Positions 62,626 through 64,000 of a stretch of 64,000 nt of DNA are shown piece after piece. Position numbers and translations under genes: made by a program. Position 1 is the first letter of the stretch. Each line of letters starts with the position of its first letter. A model generated the notes under the pieces. That model was not told the origin of the DNA and ran no database searches. It worked only from the letters and a program-made list of their open reading frames with translations. The stretch lies in assembly GCA_965112155.1 (NCBI GenBank), contig OZ218103.1. One strand, 5' to 3'. Source of the DNA: Podarcis liolepis. Its lineage: Eukaryota.

Positions 62626-63261
62626 GAACAAATTATTGTAATCCAGAAAGTTATGGGGATGGGAAGGGAAAACACTAAAAGTAAAGTATTGAAAATTCAG
62701 CTCCACAGGTATTTATTTATTGTTTAAAATTCTAAAACACACTTCAACCTGATGCATTCTAGGGCAGCATAAAATATCATGGCAAATCCTTTGTTATCCA
62801 TGAAAATCTTTCCATAAAAATGATTTTTAAAAGAAAAAGAAAGAAGCTGAGCAATCCTATGTCTTCACATCATCGCGTCCAGTTGTTCAAGCTGTCCCAC
62901 TGTTTGCTCAGTGCCATTTGCATTTAAATCTGCTTCCCATCTTCTACTTTTCTAAATATATAATTTCCTAAGCACAAGCGCACGCGTGCGCACACACACA
63001 CACACACATATATATGACTCTTCTGCATTAGACAGCTCTACCTCTTGCTATATAGAGAACAGTTTCTCAACATCACTGCAGCAAAAACAGGTATTTCTAC
63101 TATAGACACATTGGCCCAGCACAGACATAGCTCTAAACCATGCTTTGAAATTGAAATCAGAGTTTGAGGGTGGTTTGCAGACCTACATTAAAGTTAAATC
63201 CAAATTACATTAAGCATAGTTGACACCAGGGCTAACATACCACACAATGGTGTACAAAGCC

Positions 63262-63328
63262 AAAGAGAGAGGGGAGGGGAGGGGAGGGGAGGGGGGGAGG
63301 GAAGGGAAGGGAAGGGAAGGGGAGAGAT
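63262..63328. repeat. Polypurine (GGGA/GGGAA)n tract
   Basis: Directly visible; multiple runs of three or more G. Confidence 0.9.
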
Positions 63329-63434
63329 ATCCTGAGAGTCAGTTTGAGATGTTTTGCAAAAGGCAATGGACAAAGATACTAAATCCTAAAACTTAAATCA
63401 TGGAAGATGAGGTTGCTATCCCTACACACATATG

Positions 63435-63584
63435 CCGTGCTTTTTTCAGGGGGTAGGGGACGGAGGGGTACACATACCCCTAAACATTTTGTGAATCTAA
63501 GCTTGGCCTCATTGGGGGCAGTATTTCAATAGGAGTAGGAAAATGAGAGTACCCCTAAACATTTTTAAAAGAAAAAAAGCACTA
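63435..63584. mobile_element. hAT-type MITE, same family as 60784-60919
   Basis: Shared interior CCCTAAACATTTTGTGAATCTAAG..GGCCTCATTG..GAGAGTACCCCTAAACATTTTT; degraded TSD CACATATG / TATATATG. Confidence 0.88.
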
Positions 63585-64000
63585 TATATATGTGACCAAA
63601 GTCTGGCATTATTGCATCTGCATCAGTTCACTCTATTTTAAAACCCACGCTATGTGCAATTGATACAGGAGAAGTATACAGAGATGGCAGTTTGTTCTTT
63701 CCTAGGTAGTGCATTGGGTATCTTTCTCTCTAATGAGGTTGTTGTCAGTGTCACTAATTAAGCAACAATCCATATCGGCATACTGCGAAGGAGATACACA
63801 TCACCAACTTACTACCTGCTGCAAGTCTCAGAAGGGGAATCCTCAAGGTGGCATGATTTCAGCTATGGCTGAAGAAAAGGACTTCAAATCCATCCAGGGT
63901 TAGAGTTTTCTGAAGACCCAGGAAGGTAATGATATAGTCATTTCTTGTGGTCAGACTTTTAGATCTGTAAATTGAAGACTTGGTTTTCTTCCAGAGATGG

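Overview
This is vertebrate genomic DNA from a squamate reptile, most likely a lacertid lizard, judged from the Sauria SINE subfamily, a BovB tail and lizard-type L2/CR1 tails and MITEs. None of the ORFs in the track is a protein I recognise; most are chance ORFs or translations of repeats and microsatellites. The window reads as repeat-rich non-coding DNA, probably the long 5' introns of an unidentified minus-strand gene. Several minus-strand splice signals outline possible small or alternative first exons (about 59.2, 37.6, 36.35, 30.8 and 24.2 kb), but none is proven. The best-supported features are mobile elements: two full-length Sauria SINEs, a 64-bp BovB stub, a solo LTR, many hAT, Tc1/mariner and Harbinger-type MITEs with readable TIRs and TSDs, and L2, CR1 and Penelope remnants. 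Three observations stand out. (1) Short SINEs share one CR1-type tail but carry different Pol III heads (tRNA-Lys, tRNA-Ile, tRNA-Asn, possibly 5S). (2) Two inverted Sauria SINE heads form a fold-back flanked by TTA, which mimics a Harbinger MITE. (3) The candidate minus-strand exons may form a set of alternative N-termini. I found no intact RNA gene, CRISPR array or prokaryotic-type system, and I cannot claim a confirmed new biological system.
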